DNA of 64,000 nt from Candidatus Poribacteria bacterium (GCA_965222225.1 CBDCTK010000002.1:2592001-2656000); one strand, 5' to 3'; positions 12,397 through 23,642 are shown, counted from the first letter of the stretch. The notes: generated from the sequence alone by a model not told the origin. Numbers and translations are program-made.

Positions 12397-12921
12397 CTAA
12401 GGATTGTGATTTTCAATGGCTGTGCGCCGGCTTTGACTGATGAAAAGACTCCGCAAATTCGTTTTTAGCTCCGGGTCGGGCACATCGGAGACCGTGTGTT
12501 CAACCTTTTCCAAGACACCGGCGGAAATCTCTGCCTCACGGAGCTTATTCTCCACCATATTTTGACGATGAGAACGACGGAAACGTTGAGACTCCGGGAG
12601 TGACGGGGAACGCGCCGGCTTTATCTGAAAGCGCAGTTCTCTAACAGCGGCTCGACCAATTTCGGCGTTGAGTTTCCGAATAATGTGCTGTCGCAGAAAC
12701 GTCAACTCCGTCACCAACGGGTGCGACAATGCGTGAACTGTCAACTTTGACTCAACAAGCGATACCGGCTGTGTGTTACGAGCAATCAGGTCCCCGACGG
12801 TTCGATTCCAGACAGCAAATACTTTCTGCTCAACCATCTTGTGCTCGAACCCCTGTTCCTTGATCAGCGATTCAAGCAGGGCATCAAGTTCATGAGTTTT
12901 TCCCACCGAATAGGAGTTCAT
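12397..12921 (-). CDS. DUF721/DciA family protein
   Basis: W...VG..IA..T.P......L.V....EL pattern; canonical position between recF and gyrB. Confidence 0.85.
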   Translation of the reverse strand: MNSYSVGKTHELDALLESLIKEQGFEHKMVEQKVFAVWNRTVGDLIARNTQPVSLVESKLTVHALSHPLVTELTFLRQHIIRKLNAEIGRAAVRELRFQIKPARSPSLPESQRFRRSHRQNMVENKLREAEISAGVLEKVEHTVSDVPDPELKTNLRSLFISQSRRTAIENHNP

Positions 12922-13067
12922 CTCATTACCACACGTATCTGAATCATCTTGCTATGGATATTGAAGCCCCTTCTTAGATTTGACGACTGAAGAGGCATTT
13001 CTATCGCCCTCACTGTCCGTTCGGTTGATCTCAGTTGATCCCTCACTATTCGTTTGGTTGATTCTCT

Positions 13068-14273
13068 TCAGTCGCTTGATCGCCGGAGAACAGATCCGCT
13101 GTCTATCGTCAAAACCGTGCAGTCGTCAACCTCCCCGGCTAGAACCTCTTGTTGAGTCGACGTGATGAATGTCTGGGCGTTCAAACGCCGCAACAAATCC
13201 AACAGAAACGCCCTGCGCCTATCATCCAGCTCGGAAATCACATCGTCGAGCAGCACAATCGGCGTTTTGCCCGTGGTGTGGCGTATCACTTCCAATTCAC
13301 TCAATTTTAGCGTGAGCGCGATGGTTCGCTGCTGGCCCTGTGAGGCGTACGGTTTGGCATCCTCACGTAACGTTAATCCCTGTTTCTGCGTCTCCAGCAC
13401 CAAACTAAAGTTGTCGCGGTGAGGTCCTACCGAGGTTGTTCCGTGTAAAATATCAACTCGCCGAGAAGCATCCAACGCTCTTCCGAACTGCATGAGGGCT
13501 TCAGATCTATTGCAAGATTCTTCAAGAGATGATTGCTGATCTGAAATCAATGATTCGCCAAGGCTAGGCGATGGTTGGTATTCCAATTCAAGCCGTTCGT
13601 GGTCGCCGGTCAACTCGGCATGCTTCTCTTCCGCATAGACCTGCAACTGCTTGAGTACCCGCGATCGGGTTTGGATGATAAACAGCCCGTGGTCAACAAG
13701 CAACCCGTCCCACGCTTCCAACTGCTCGGGACTTGCCTGCTTACCGCGAATCTGCTTGAGCAGTTCGTTCCGCTGCTTGAGAACGAGTTGGTAGTCTTGA
13801 AGTTGCTTCAGATAGGCAGCATTGATTTGGCAAATCAGGAGGTCGATGAATCGGCGACGGTCTGATGGCGCGCCTTTGACAAGGGCAAGAGATTCGGGCG
13901 AAAAGAAAACCACCTTAAATTGCCCCATCCACTGCGACAGCCGCGGTTGGACGTCGCCATTCAATTTGAATCGTCTCTGCCCCTGCAGTTGATTCGAAAC
14001 CTCAAGCGTCATCTCAATGGGGGCAGCCCCATCGTTATCCGAATTCGACGCGATTATGCCTTTGAGATAAAACCAACTTTCATTGTGCCGGACGAGTTCA
14101 TCATTTGGATAGGCGCGGTGAGACTTTGCCGTGCTAAGGAAATAGATTGCCTCCAACAGGCTAGTCTTGCCTTGGGCATTCCCGCCAGTGATCAGGTTGA
14201 CTCGCCCCGGAAAGTCAATTTCGCAATCAACATAATTCCGGAAATTACGTAAAACAAGCTGATTCAGGTGCAT
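13068..14273 (-). CDS. recF: DNA replication/repair protein RecF
   Basis: NFRNY, Walker A GGNAQGKTSLLEA, GPHRD, ASQGQQR, LLDDVISELD. Confidence 0.97.
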   Translation of the reverse strand: MHLNQLVLRNFRNYVDCEIDFPGRVNLITGGNAQGKTSLLEAIYFLSTAKSHRAYPNDELVRHNESWFYLKGIIASNSDNDGAAPIEMTLEVSNQLQGQRRFKLNGDVQPRLSQWMGQFKVVFFSPESLALVKGAPSDRRRFIDLLICQINAAYLKQLQDYQLVLKQRNELLKQIRGKQASPEQLEAWDGLLVDHGLFIIQTRSRVLKQLQVYAEEKHAELTGDHERLELEYQPSPSLGESLISDQQSSLEESCNRSEALMQFGRALDASRRVDILHGTTSVGPHRDNFSLVLETQKQGLTLREDAKPYASQGQQRTIALTLKLSELEVIRHTTGKTPIVLLDDVISELDDRRRAFLLDLLRRLNAQTFITSTQQEVLAGEVDDCTVLTIDSGSVLRRSSD

Positions 14274-14309
14274 GGATGAGATTCCGGACGCGGATCGTCA
14301 AATCTACAA

Positions 14310-15413
14310 TTACGATTCCAACCGCATCGGCATGATTAGACAAAGGTGATCGTCCTCGCCAACGGGTTTCAGTACGGCTGCGCTAAGCGAATCTTTGAAT
14401 TCTATCAAGACCTCTTCCGTGCCGATATGACTCAATGCGTCGAGAAGGAAACGCGCGTCAAACGCAACTTCCAAGGTGCCGTTACCGCTGTTGACGGGGA
14501 CTGTTTCGTAGGCTTCCCCGAGGTCTGGCGCTTTTGCCGACACTCCAATCTGATCCGTCTGAATATCAAAACGAATAGAAAAGGTTTTTGGATTCGCTAA
14601 CAAAGCCACACGCTTGGTCGCACTGAGCAGCTTCTCCACATTGACAGCTATCCGGTGCTCGTGATCTTTGGGAATAATCTGTTCGTACTTCGGATACTCT
14701 CCATCAACAAGCCGAGAAGCCAGCGTGGACTCATCATCCGAGAAGATGATTTGGTTTTCAAGTAAGCAGATTTTCACTTCCGTAGATGTCTCAAACGTCC
14801 TCATAATCTCGCGCACCGCCTTTAACGGCACGATAACGCCGACCGCCTCGTCGGGAACAGGAGCCAAGGCTCCGCTCGTTGCGACCGCGAGACGGCGCCC
14901 GTCCGTTGCCACAACCTCCGATCTCTCCGGCGTCAGATGAAGATAAAGCCCGTTGAGAAAATACCGAGTTTGCTCCGTTGAAGCGGCGAATTCGGTTTTA
15001 ACAATCATCGATCGGAGCACCTCTGCCTCCATGGTAAAGAAACCGCCGCGGATAGACTCCGTTTCCGGAAATTCGTCATCGGACAGTCCGATGATTTTAT
15101 AGACGCCGGCGCCACACGACAACTCAACTCGATGATTTTCTGTCGTCGTCAATTTGATTTCCTCCGGAGGAAGTTCGCGCACGACTTCACCGAGTTTCCT
15201 CGCGGAAACGGTAACAGCGCCTTCTTTAGAGATTGTGCCGGGAACAACGATTTTGATAGCAACCTCAAGGTCGGTTGCCGACATCTCAATCCGATTATCG
15301 GCGGCACGAATCAGAACATTCGACAGGATTGGAAGGGTGTTTCTTCCGGCAGCAACCCCTTGCAATAACTGGATGGACCTTAATAATTCGTCTTTGGTAA
15401 AAGCTAATTCCAT
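14310..15413 (-). CDS. dnaN: DNA polymerase III beta sliding clamp
   Basis: LPILSNVL, ATDLE, VATDGRRL, SRLVDGEYP, C-terminal LIMPMR; AGGAGG RBS. Confidence 0.98.
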   Translation of the reverse strand: MELAFTKDELLRSIQLLQGVAAGRNTLPILSNVLIRAADNRIEMSATDLEVAIKIVVPGTISKEGAVTVSARKLGEVVRELPPEEIKLTTTENHRVELSCGAGVYKIIGLSDDEFPETESIRGGFFTMEAEVLRSMIVKTEFAASTEQTRYFLNGLYLHLTPERSEVVATDGRRLAVATSGALAPVPDEAVGVIVPLKAVREIMRTFETSTEVKICLLENQIIFSDDESTLASRLVDGEYPKYEQIIPKDHEHRIAVNVEKLLSATKRVALLANPKTFSIRFDIQTDQIGVSAKAPDLGEAYETVPVNSGNGTLEVAFDARFLLDALSHIGTEEVLIEFKDSLSAAVLKPVGEDDHLCLIMPMRLES

Positions 15414-15479
15414 TTTTTCCTCCTAAGAAACTACGATATTCCGTTGCACGGGAAATCAATCGCTTCAATAGAACTTTAA

Positions 15480-15507
15480 AACTTACTTGCTTGTGTAGTA
15501 GTGTCAA
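15480..15507 (-). promoter_or_regulatory. Putative sigma70 promoter for dnaN
   Basis: TTGACA-16 bp-TAAGTT on the minus strand about 70 bp upstream of dnaN. Confidence 0.45.
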
Positions 15508-15658
15508 AGCTGTGTTACGGTGTTTGTTAGCGCTAGAAAAAGGTCAGTAAAATCTTCATCTCACTCATTATCCGTTCGCTTGATCGCAATGTACGCCCTA
15601 CAGGGATGAAGGTTGAAAAAACCAAGCTTTCAAGAAAAAACTCGGTTTCAACGCTATA

Positions 15659-17433
15659 CTATTTCAGAATGACCATTTGCCTGAGATGATGGAACGAGGG
15701 CGTGGACAGACAGATGATATAGGCGCCGCTTGCAACGGATTCCCCTGCGGCATTTCGTCCATCCCAGTATGCGGCTTTCGCCCGATCAGTATAGAAGCCG
15801 GCAGTCTGATACCCTAAATCCAACCGCCGTACCACAATGCCCCGTGTGTCGTAAATCTCAATATTTACTTCTGCGCCCTGAGCCAAATGGTACGGAATCC
15901 AAGTTTCCGGGTTGAATGGATTAGGGTAGTTTTGGAGTAACGTGGTTTTCTCCGGCATCATTACCGCCAGAAGGCAATCGAACCATCACTTGCGGCATAA
16001 GCCGTGCGAATCAAAGACTCAACCACCGTTCGGTTGAGAATCAGAGAATCTCTGGTAACCGAGTCAAAGGATGCGACTGGAGCAGCATTTTTACCCTCGC
16101 CCATGTGCTGCGCCACGAGGATGAGATCGAGGATATTAACGATTCCGTCGCCATTGATATCAGCCCGTGGATTGGTAAGGTTTTCAAAATTGTTTACCAC
16201 GAGCGTCAAATCAAGGATGTTTACTGCCCCATCCTTATTTACATCCCAAGCGGCATATAAGCTCGCCACAACAATCGGGTAGGGCGCGAACTCGTGGAGA
16301 ATTGGCTTGCCTTCAGAGGAGCCAAGTTGCACATTGTGCAGCTCCAATTCCCCTTCACCAACCGCTTTAGCTTCAAAGGTTATCAAGAGTAACTCTCCAG
16401 TGCCGTCAACCCCAGGACCAAAGGCGGCGGTGAGAAGTCCGGTGACCGTGCCCGCAGTATTGTCAATCTCACCTTCGTCAAAGTGAGTGTTGGCACCGTC
16501 CTTCTTCAGAAATCCACCCTCGGCGAGGGAAACAGCGGAAAGTAGCCCTGGGTCGAAGGCGATGTCGAGTTTCCATCCTGCTAAATCCGTAACACCTTCG
16601 ACAACCAACGGAAGTGTAAATGTTGAACCTTCTCTAATTGGATCGGCAGCCGAAAAGAGGAGTGGAATGACTCCGGTGTTATACCTCACTTCTTCTGCAG
16701 TAAGCGCTTTATCATAGACACGGACAAGAGCAAATGAGCCATTGAAGTTCCTATGGCGCTCATCATGTGAATTGGCACCGATGGAAATCTCGTCTATTGG
16801 CAAACTGTCATCGAACTCAAGCCCCTTGTATCTACTTACTTCTACTGCGTTCTGATATACCACAACGGATTCGGTGTTGGCAGAAACAACCGTTAGCCAG
16901 GTCCATATTCCTTCCGCTAGAGTAGCGCCGGTCAATTCAAAGTTCCGTTTTTCACCCTGACTATGAACCGACCACCTAATTTCCCCGTTCCCAGATAGCG
17001 TGAAGCGAACTCCTTGAAATCGTTCGTTTGGAGTATTCTGAAAACCGACAAGGTGATGTTCTTGGTCAAAAAGATTGCCGTTGCGTTTACACAAAATCTC
17101 AAGCGTCCAATCCCCTAAGAACAGTTGAGGATTCTCCTCAACTGGACCTCCGAAGGTTTGCATTGATTCCTTAGCCGTGTAATACTCCCGCTGTTCACTA
17201 ATACCGAGGGACGCTATCTGAACTAAGCCCTTTTCAAGCACTGGCGCTGTATCAGCTGCGTTTAATTTACCGCCGGCTGTACCTAGATTTGTCCACGCGC
17301 CTTTGTCGTGATCGGGATTGTCGGAGGCGTCAAGATAGAGAACAGCCCCCGGAACAACGTCGGCATGGGCAATGGCGGGCGTAATTGCCAGGAAAAGCAT
17401 TGCGGTTATCGTTAGTTTCGGTATCAAATTCAT
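15659..17433 (-). pseudogene. Secreted LamG-cohesin-dockerin protein with FlgD-Ig/T9SS-like C-terminal domain, split into ORFs 15961-17433 and 15659-15961
   Basis: Signal peptide; LamG-like domain; cohesin (DLAGWKLDIAFDP...G.LL.ITF); dockerin (DVNKDGAVNILDL, DINGDGIVNILDL). The linker DGSIAF breaks frame and the tail LLQNYPNPFNPETWIPY continues in another frame; the intact paralog at 31297-35406 has about 10 more linker residues. Confidence 0.8.
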
Positions 17434-17487
17434 GATTAATTCTCCTGAGAAACGGTGTTTGTTGGCGTTAGACAAACAGTTAGATTC

Positions 17488-17721
17488 CTAATATTAGGTA
17501 CTAAAATATAAATAGATTAGTAATAGTAGTAGGGGGTGTGGATATGTGGACAACCGCCCGAATCCGTGATGGGACGTAGGATAGAGGTCGTGGATTGGAT
17601 GTGGATTAAATTTCCACTTGTCCACATCTCATCCACCGATCATCCACCGATTCAAACTTATCCACATCTGTCCACAGGTAAAACACAAGTTATCCACATT
17701 GTTGTCCACAAGTTATCCACA
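17488..17721. other. oriC, dnaA-downstream part: DnaA boxes, DnaA-trios and AT-rich unwinding element
   Basis: TTATCCACA at 17658, 17690, 17713; TTGTCCACA at 17618, 17702; reverse boxes TGTGGATAT 17537 and TGTGGACAA 17545 next to GGGGG, TAG-TAA-TAG-TAG-TAG trios and an AT-rich tract. Confidence 0.92.
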
Positions 17722-17848
17722 TTAATAACGAATCTGAATCGAGTACATTTTTCGCGTCCAAGTATATTCCTTGAAACGACTAGGACGATTGAAGAGGGGA
17801 AGGATGGAAGAATTCAATCCTTCCCCTACCTGTTCTAACTTGGGTGCA

Positions 17849-19219
17849 TCATTTCATGTCTTCAAGCAAGAAATTGACAGTCTGGTTTAGCGCCGAATCT
17901 CGTTGAATCCCATTGGCAACACGATTGCAGGCATGCATGACTGTCGTATGGTCGCTCCTACCGAAAGCGACGGCAATTTCGGCAAAGGAGAGACCGGTCA
18001 ACGTACGGCAGAGGTACATCCCGATTTGTCTGGGTACAACCAGTTGTTTGGTTCGCTTGGCGGATTTTAGTTCCGAGGCTTTGACGCGATAATAGGATGC
18101 GACCGCTTTTAGGATATCCTCCGCAGTGATTGCCGAATGGCTTGGCCTGGGCGGTGGACCCGTATGATTGCCGAGTACCCTATAGGCGTATTCGTCGGTT
18201 AATTCTTCATTGAAGAGGTTGGCTTCGGTGACAAGCCGAAGCAGGGCGCCTTCAAGTTCACGGATGTTCGTTTGGACTATGTCGGCGATGGCGTTCAGGA
18301 CGGAATCGGGAACGGTATCGAATCCGTGATCCTCGCATTTTTGACGGAGGATGGCGGCGCGCGTTTCAAATTGCGGGGTACTGATTTCGGCAACCATTCC
18401 CCACTCAAACCGGGAGCGCAATCTTTCCTCGACCGCTTCGAGATTCTTCGGAGGGCGATCGCTCGTCATCACGACCTGATTGGAATTTTGATGCAATTCA
18501 TTGAAGGTGTGAAAGAATTCCTCCTGCGTCCCGTCCTTGCGCTGCAAAAACTGGATATCGTCAATTAGGAGTACGTCGGCGGTTCGGTACTTGCCGCGAA
18601 AATCTTGGGAGGTTGTACGAACGACGATAGAATCGATATATTCGTTCATGAAGGTCTCGGAGGTCACGTAGAGCACTTTGAGTTCCGGGTGAATCTCGTG
18701 AACGCGATTCCCGATAGCATGAAGGAGGTGGGTTTTTCCAAGACCCACGCCGCCACAGAAGAATATAGGATTATAAACTGTTCCCGGATTCTCCGAGGCT
18801 GCCACTGCGGCGGCATGACTCAGGCGGTTGTTGGTTCCAACGACAAAGCGATCAAAGGTGTATCGCGAGTTCAAGGTTGCGCCGCCGGCAGATGATTCCG
18901 GGGAGTCCGCGGGGAGTTCCGTGCTATCCGAAGGCTTTGAATTCGTGGAGCTGGTACTTGAACGCGCTTGAAGATTGGGTTCGGTAACCACAAAATTAAG
19001 CGTACCGATTTGTCCAATCCGTTTTTTTATAGCACTGTCAATATCCGTCAAAAATCGAGATTCTATCTGATCTTTTGCCAAAGCTGCAGGAACCGTGACC
19101 GTCAGCTTGCCTTCGGTCAAATCCGTCGGTTTGGCTTGACGGAGGTAAACATCGTCACGTGCCGTGTCGCTGAGGTCAGACAGTATTTCTGTCCAGATTT
19201 TTTCGGGGGTATACCGCAT
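17849..19219 (-). CDS. dnaA: Chromosomal replication initiator DnaA
   Basis: YTFDRFVVG, YNP, GGVGLGKTHLLHA, LLIDDIQF, QEEFFHTFN, RLRSRF, RELEGAL, DHTTVMHA. Confidence 0.99.
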   Translation of the reverse strand: MRYTPEKIWTEILSDLSDTARDDVYLRQAKPTDLTEGKLTVTVPAALAKDQIESRFLTDIDSAIKKRIGQIGTLNFVVTEPNLQARSSTSSTNSKPSDSTELPADSPESSAGGATLNSRYTFDRFVVGTNNRLSHAAAVAASENPGTVYNPIFFCGGVGLGKTHLLHAIGNRVHEIHPELKVLYVTSETFMNEYIDSIVVRTTSQDFRGKYRTADVLLIDDIQFLQRKDGTQEEFFHTFNELHQNSNQVVMTSDRPPKNLEAVEERLRSRFEWGMVAEISTPQFETRAAILRQKCEDHGFDTVPDSVLNAIADIVQTNIRELEGALLRLVTEANLFNEELTDEYAYRVLGNHTGPPPRPSHSAITAEDILKAVASYYRVKASELKSAKRTKQLVVPRQIGMYLCRTLTGLSFAEIAVAFGRSDHTTVMHACNRVANGIQRDSALNQTVNFLLEDMK

Positions 19220-19360
19220 TATGATTATTCCTACAGCAGAATGGTGTCAGGGTTCGTGCTGATAATGTCACATGGAAGTGTATGGGAGTGCAGCGTGCCG
19301 CAAAACTTTTGTCAAGTATAGGTATTCCGTCGGTTGGTCAATCAAGGAGAAAACGACACG

Positions 19361-19538
19361 ATATCCACAAGTTATCCACAACCCATCCACAATTATCTGC
19401 CACGCGAATTAAGGGATTCGAGATGCCGTGAAACCAGTATTGAGGGGATGTGTACCGACTGTAGAATTTCGAGCAGAGGTAGGAAAAATAGGCTCAGAAT
19501 CCACAAGTTATCCACAAGTTATCCACAAGTTATCCACG
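19361..19538. promoter_or_regulatory. DnaA-box clusters upstream of dnaA (autoregulation or upstream half of oriC)
   Basis: ATATCCACA 19361, TTATCCACA 19372, CCATCCACA 19383; tandem AAGTTATCCAC units with boxes at 19508, 19519, 19530. Confidence 0.9.
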
Positions 19539-19849
19539 AATTCATCACCACGTCCAAATCCTCCAAGTGCAAACAACTTAGTATATCACGAAACGGGGTT
19601 TTGGGCAACAACAAAATTGGAAGAAAATGGAGAGGACTGTCGTGTCGCGTGTTTTCCAGATGTGTCTGGATTTCGATCGCCGCATTCGGGATGGTTGTTG
19701 TTCACAAGTCGATAAATCCACGCTGGACGGGCATTGTGGGAGCGATCTCCCGATCGCGACAAATTTGTGGAATCGCGAGAAGGATGCAAGAGAGAAACCG
19801 AGTTTTCAGGAAAAAACGCGGTTTCAAGAAGAGATTGGAGGTTTGGGTT

Positions 19850-19870
19850 GGTGGGCAGTGCCCACCCTAC
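19850..19870. repeat. GTAG-type REP family C (GGTGGGCAGTGCCCACCCTAC); copies 23785-23805, 39123-39143, 57888-57908, inverted 57995-58016, degenerate 1611-1631
   Basis: Short GC hairpin ending in CCTAC (GTAG on the other strand), repeated between genes. Confidence 0.85.
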
Positions 19871-19900
19871 AAAGAAGTGCTGCTATGGATAGCTACGGCA

Positions 19901-20454
19901 TCATCCAGTTAGCTTGCGTAGGTCTTTTTGAATTTCTTTCGCAGTTTTGGCTATTTCGTGCGGCGGCGACCCACCAATTGTCCCCACGCCTATGAACTCG
20001 CGAGAATTAAGATGAAAGTTTTTCTTCTCCTCGTGATTTGCGAATGAATCTGAATAGGTAACAGTGAGTTCGAACCCAGGCTGCTTTAACACATCAGAAT
20101 TTTCTAGTGTACTGATGTACTGACCAGAAAATGATTAATTTTCTGTCCCGGTCCAAGTACATCAATTCCGTTTTTAGGAAAGTCGATATCCTTGAATTGC
20201 GTAATGGTTTTAAAGCCAAGAGACAAATCGCCCGTGAATCTCACGTTGCGGGCGACGCCCGTGCCTACGTTTTCTACACGGAGTATAGCAAAGTATCCGT
20301 ACGCTTCGTGGGGGCGTAGCGACACCATAATTTCGGGTTGGTTCATGGTTCTCAAGATACGAGATGTCAACCAGACCTATACGATTGTGACAATGACGAG
20401 GACAGCGGTGGCAATGGCCGTTATTGCTCCGCTATTTAAATTCAACCAATCCAT
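19901..20454 (-). pseudogene. Membrane-anchored hypothetical protein pseudogene
   Basis: GGAGG RBS and ATG 20454: MDWLNLNSGAITAIATAVLVIVTIV-TAG(20377-20379)-VWLTSRIL...; an 8-bp duplication at 20108-20123 shifts the frame, and removing it joins ORFs 20104-20370 and 19901-20092. Confidence 0.75.
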
Positions 20455-20491
20455 GTTTACTGGAATCCCTCCTTAGTTCATATTGCTTCGC

Positions 20492-23400
20492 TCATTCCAC
20501 GCCTAACTCCGGTAGGTTCTCGACGATTGACACTGTTTCCAGGCTTACGGTGATGACTTTTCTGATTAGGCTGATGATGTATTGCGGGTCGTCCTCACGG
20601 TTGGGGTCGTTGACGATGCCGCTGCGCGTGTCGGTCTTGACGCGGTACTGGTCGATTACCCATTCCAGCGCGGAGCGATTGCCGAGGCGATAGTAAAACG
20701 CCCTTGATGGAATCCCGTCCAGCGTTAGATAATCGTTGTACTTTAGCTGGGTTTTGTCTTTGGAGAGTTTCATCTTGACGACACGCCAGTCAAGGGGTAC
20801 GTCGGGGGTTTCGATGAACTGTAGGACGGGGGCGTCGTTTCCGCCTTGATATTCTTGAACGTCTTCGTAGCCGATGTGGATTTCCGCCAACCGTGCACCG
20901 GCGTTGGCAAACCCACGGAAGTCGGGGGCATAAGGCAACCGCGGCAAGTCTCGCTTGAGGTTTGCCGCATACCGCTCCCGGTAGGTGGGATGATGTAATA
21001 TGCCGTAAACGTAATAGAAAATGTCCCACTTGTTGATTTTGTCGTTGCAGTAGTGGGTGCGGAATTGTGCCAGTGTCCAATCGGTGATGTTTTCGCGGCG
21101 GTTTGTGCCGTGCTCGTCGTACGTGTAGAAGGGGAAGCATTGAAAGGCGTCAGTTGCAGCGAGCGTGTGAAGATCTGGAATCAGATTCGACATTAACGTA
21201 TTGAAGCCGGCGCGAAAACCGTGATCGCTGACAATAATCACTTGGTTTTCTAATTCAGTATCAGGAGTTGGGAAAATTTGATACTGGGTATATCGTCTTT
21301 CATTCCAAAAATTGTCGAAGTAAAGATATTTCTGAGTGAACGGACGATACAACGCTTTGCGAAAGCGTGAAACCTCATAGTTGCTCAACTCTAACTTTTT
21401 CAGTGATTCCTTAACTCGGTAACTCCATTTTATACGTGGGTCAGTCGTATTAATGAGACTTTCAATAGGCGTGTTGAGGTCATGCCTTTTCTTGCGGTCA
21501 ACTGCCGTATTGTATATTTCGACAAATGTGCGAACGCGCTCTTGAAGCAACGTGAGATCAAACGCGTAAATTCAGAATATCCCTGCTCGTAACAACACCC
21601 AAAGAATATAGACTGAAAATCGCCTTTCCTCTCCCCATTAACTTTTTCGCAGCTTTGTTTCCCATGGGGGAAAAAGTCTCAAATTCGGCGCGAAGACCCC
21701 CAGTGAACCATGTAAGTCGCTGGTCTGGCTTGATGGTTTTCCACGAAATAGCCCCGACGTGTTGACGTGCCTCCAGAAAGTCAAATTTCTGTCTTTTATT
21801 CCATAACTCATCTAGTTGGCAGTAATGGATGCGCGTCCTGTTGAATTGATTCTGTTTTGTTTTGACAAAGAAGTTAATGCTTACACCGACCCTGATACCG
21901 AACACATTGGTATCCGAGGCCTTCAAACCTTTGCGGGCATTACCCCCCAAGTCGAGAATGTAGATTGCATCGAAATCGTGTTCAAGGTGTTTTCGCATCC
22001 CATCAAATGCTAAATCGCTTAGAAAACTGTTGTTCGTCACAAAAGCGACAATCCCTTCCTCACCAATACGATTTGACGCCCACCGAATTGCTTTGACATA
22101 CGGGTCGTAGAGTTTATTCCTAAGCGTCGCTTTGGAATCGGCAGTGTATGTGTCCCGTACCCGCTTGTCTATAGTTTTATACTTCCGATTCTTGTTGTCG
22201 TCGTTTTCATTGACTTGACCCATGTTGTACGGAGGGTTGCCGATAATTACGAACATTGGGGTATTTTTCTGTTCTTGCACACGTTTAGCATTTTCTTCCG
22301 TGAAGTAGGAAAAATCCAGTTGCTCGTCATCTAAAACCGCAAACGTATCAACAAGACAGATTTTCTCAAACGGTTGATAACCTCCTGTCATTTCGTAAAA
22401 CTGATGCTCAATGTTCATTGAGGCGATGTAGTAGGGGAGCAGCATCACCTCATTGCAGTGGAGTTCCAACCGGTATTTGTCCGCAAGCGCAAATCCGCTA
22501 ATCTCGCGCATGATTCGCACGATGAAGTTGCCGGTGCCGACAAAGGGGTCGATGATGTGAACGCCGGAATCGGAGAGCGAGCGCTTGAATTCGGTGCGGA
22601 GAATGTGCTCGACGCTTTTCACCATGAAATCGACTATCGGTTGCGGGGTATAGACAATTCCGTGCGTGTCGGCGACTTTGACGGAGAAGCCCTGAAAGAA
22701 CTGCTCGTAGACGGTGTTGAGAAACGCCTGTTTCCGTGAAAAGTCGGTGATGGTAGCAGCATTGCGCTCAATTGAGACATAGAAGCGGTCGAGGCTTTGG
22801 AGAAAACTGTCACGGCTGAAGGATTGTGATGTGAGGGCGTCTATCACGATTTCGATTTCGTTGGCAATGACGTTTCGGCGGGTGAAATCGGGATTGTCAA
22901 ATACCGTGCGGAAGATTCGCTCGGTCAGGAGGTGTTGGATGAGCATCTCCTCAACCGCGGCTTCAGAAAGATTGGGGTTTAGGGATTGACGGCATTTTTC
23001 GTGGAAGCCTCTAAATGCGGTTCTGAAATTGGGATTGGCGCCTCGTGCCTCATGGATGAGTTCCGCTAACTTTTTTCCAAGCGCCGGGACTCTGTCCTTG
23101 AACTCGGCGACGGCTTTCTCCCATTCGACGAAGTGTTCCGGACAGTAGGCAAAGAAAGTTTGGACGGCTTCAACCAGTTGCGCCGCGTCGGTCAGGTCGG
23201 CGTCGAGGACTTCGCGTTCGTTTTGCCAAAGGATGGCGCGTTCGGGGGTTTGGAATAGGATGTTGTCGCGGGGGTAGCCCTTGTCAAACTTACGCCGGAT
23301 TTCGGCCGGCAAGTCGTCGTTCATATCTTTAGCTTCCCAGTAGCCGCGGGGCAGTTCATATTCATCGAACAGGACGCCATCAACAGAGATTCGCGTTTTT

Positions 23401-23579
23401 TTGAGGCTGGGCATTGAGTATTCGGGAACGAACGTCCATCTCTCCTGTCGGGCGCAGGATTCGAGGAGAGATTGGCAGGCGGAGCGGACGGAGGATTCAT
23501 TGGTGATCCCGAGTCGGGCGTATTGGTCGAGTGCGGTGTAGTAGTCTTTGACAGCTTTGTACGTTGGTTTGAGGTTCAT
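20492..23579 (-). pseudogene. Single-chain restriction-modification enzyme (nuclease + N6-adenine MTase + type ISP/LlaBIII-like specificity domain), frameshifted near 21570
   Basis: N-terminal DG...GYWEAKD nuclease motif; GIVYTP, DPFVGTGNF, GNPPY. The second ORF has YRPF, IFYYVYGILH..YR.RY..NL...LPR.P and SALEWVIDQY. Removing one base gives GVVTSRDILIYAFD... Confidence 0.85.
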
Positions 23580-23642
23580 GGGAGTTTTTTTGAGATTGCG
23601 TTGGATTGTTGGAGCGGGGGACGCGCGTTTGACGTCAGCATT

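Noticed and set aside
17536-17838. 100-aa ORF over oriC
   Set aside because: Translation of the DnaA-box array.
19497-19538. Tandem repeat as CRISPR or iteron array
   Set aside because: 11-bp units without spacers that are DnaA boxes; no cas or rep genes.
19334-19995. Overlapping ORFs upstream of dnaA (STSYPQ repeats)
   Set aside because: Translations of DnaA boxes and REPs.
20377-20379. TAG readthrough or alternative genetic code
   Set aside because: TAG ends conserved genes here (gyrA, rpmH, E2) and the same gene has a second lesion.
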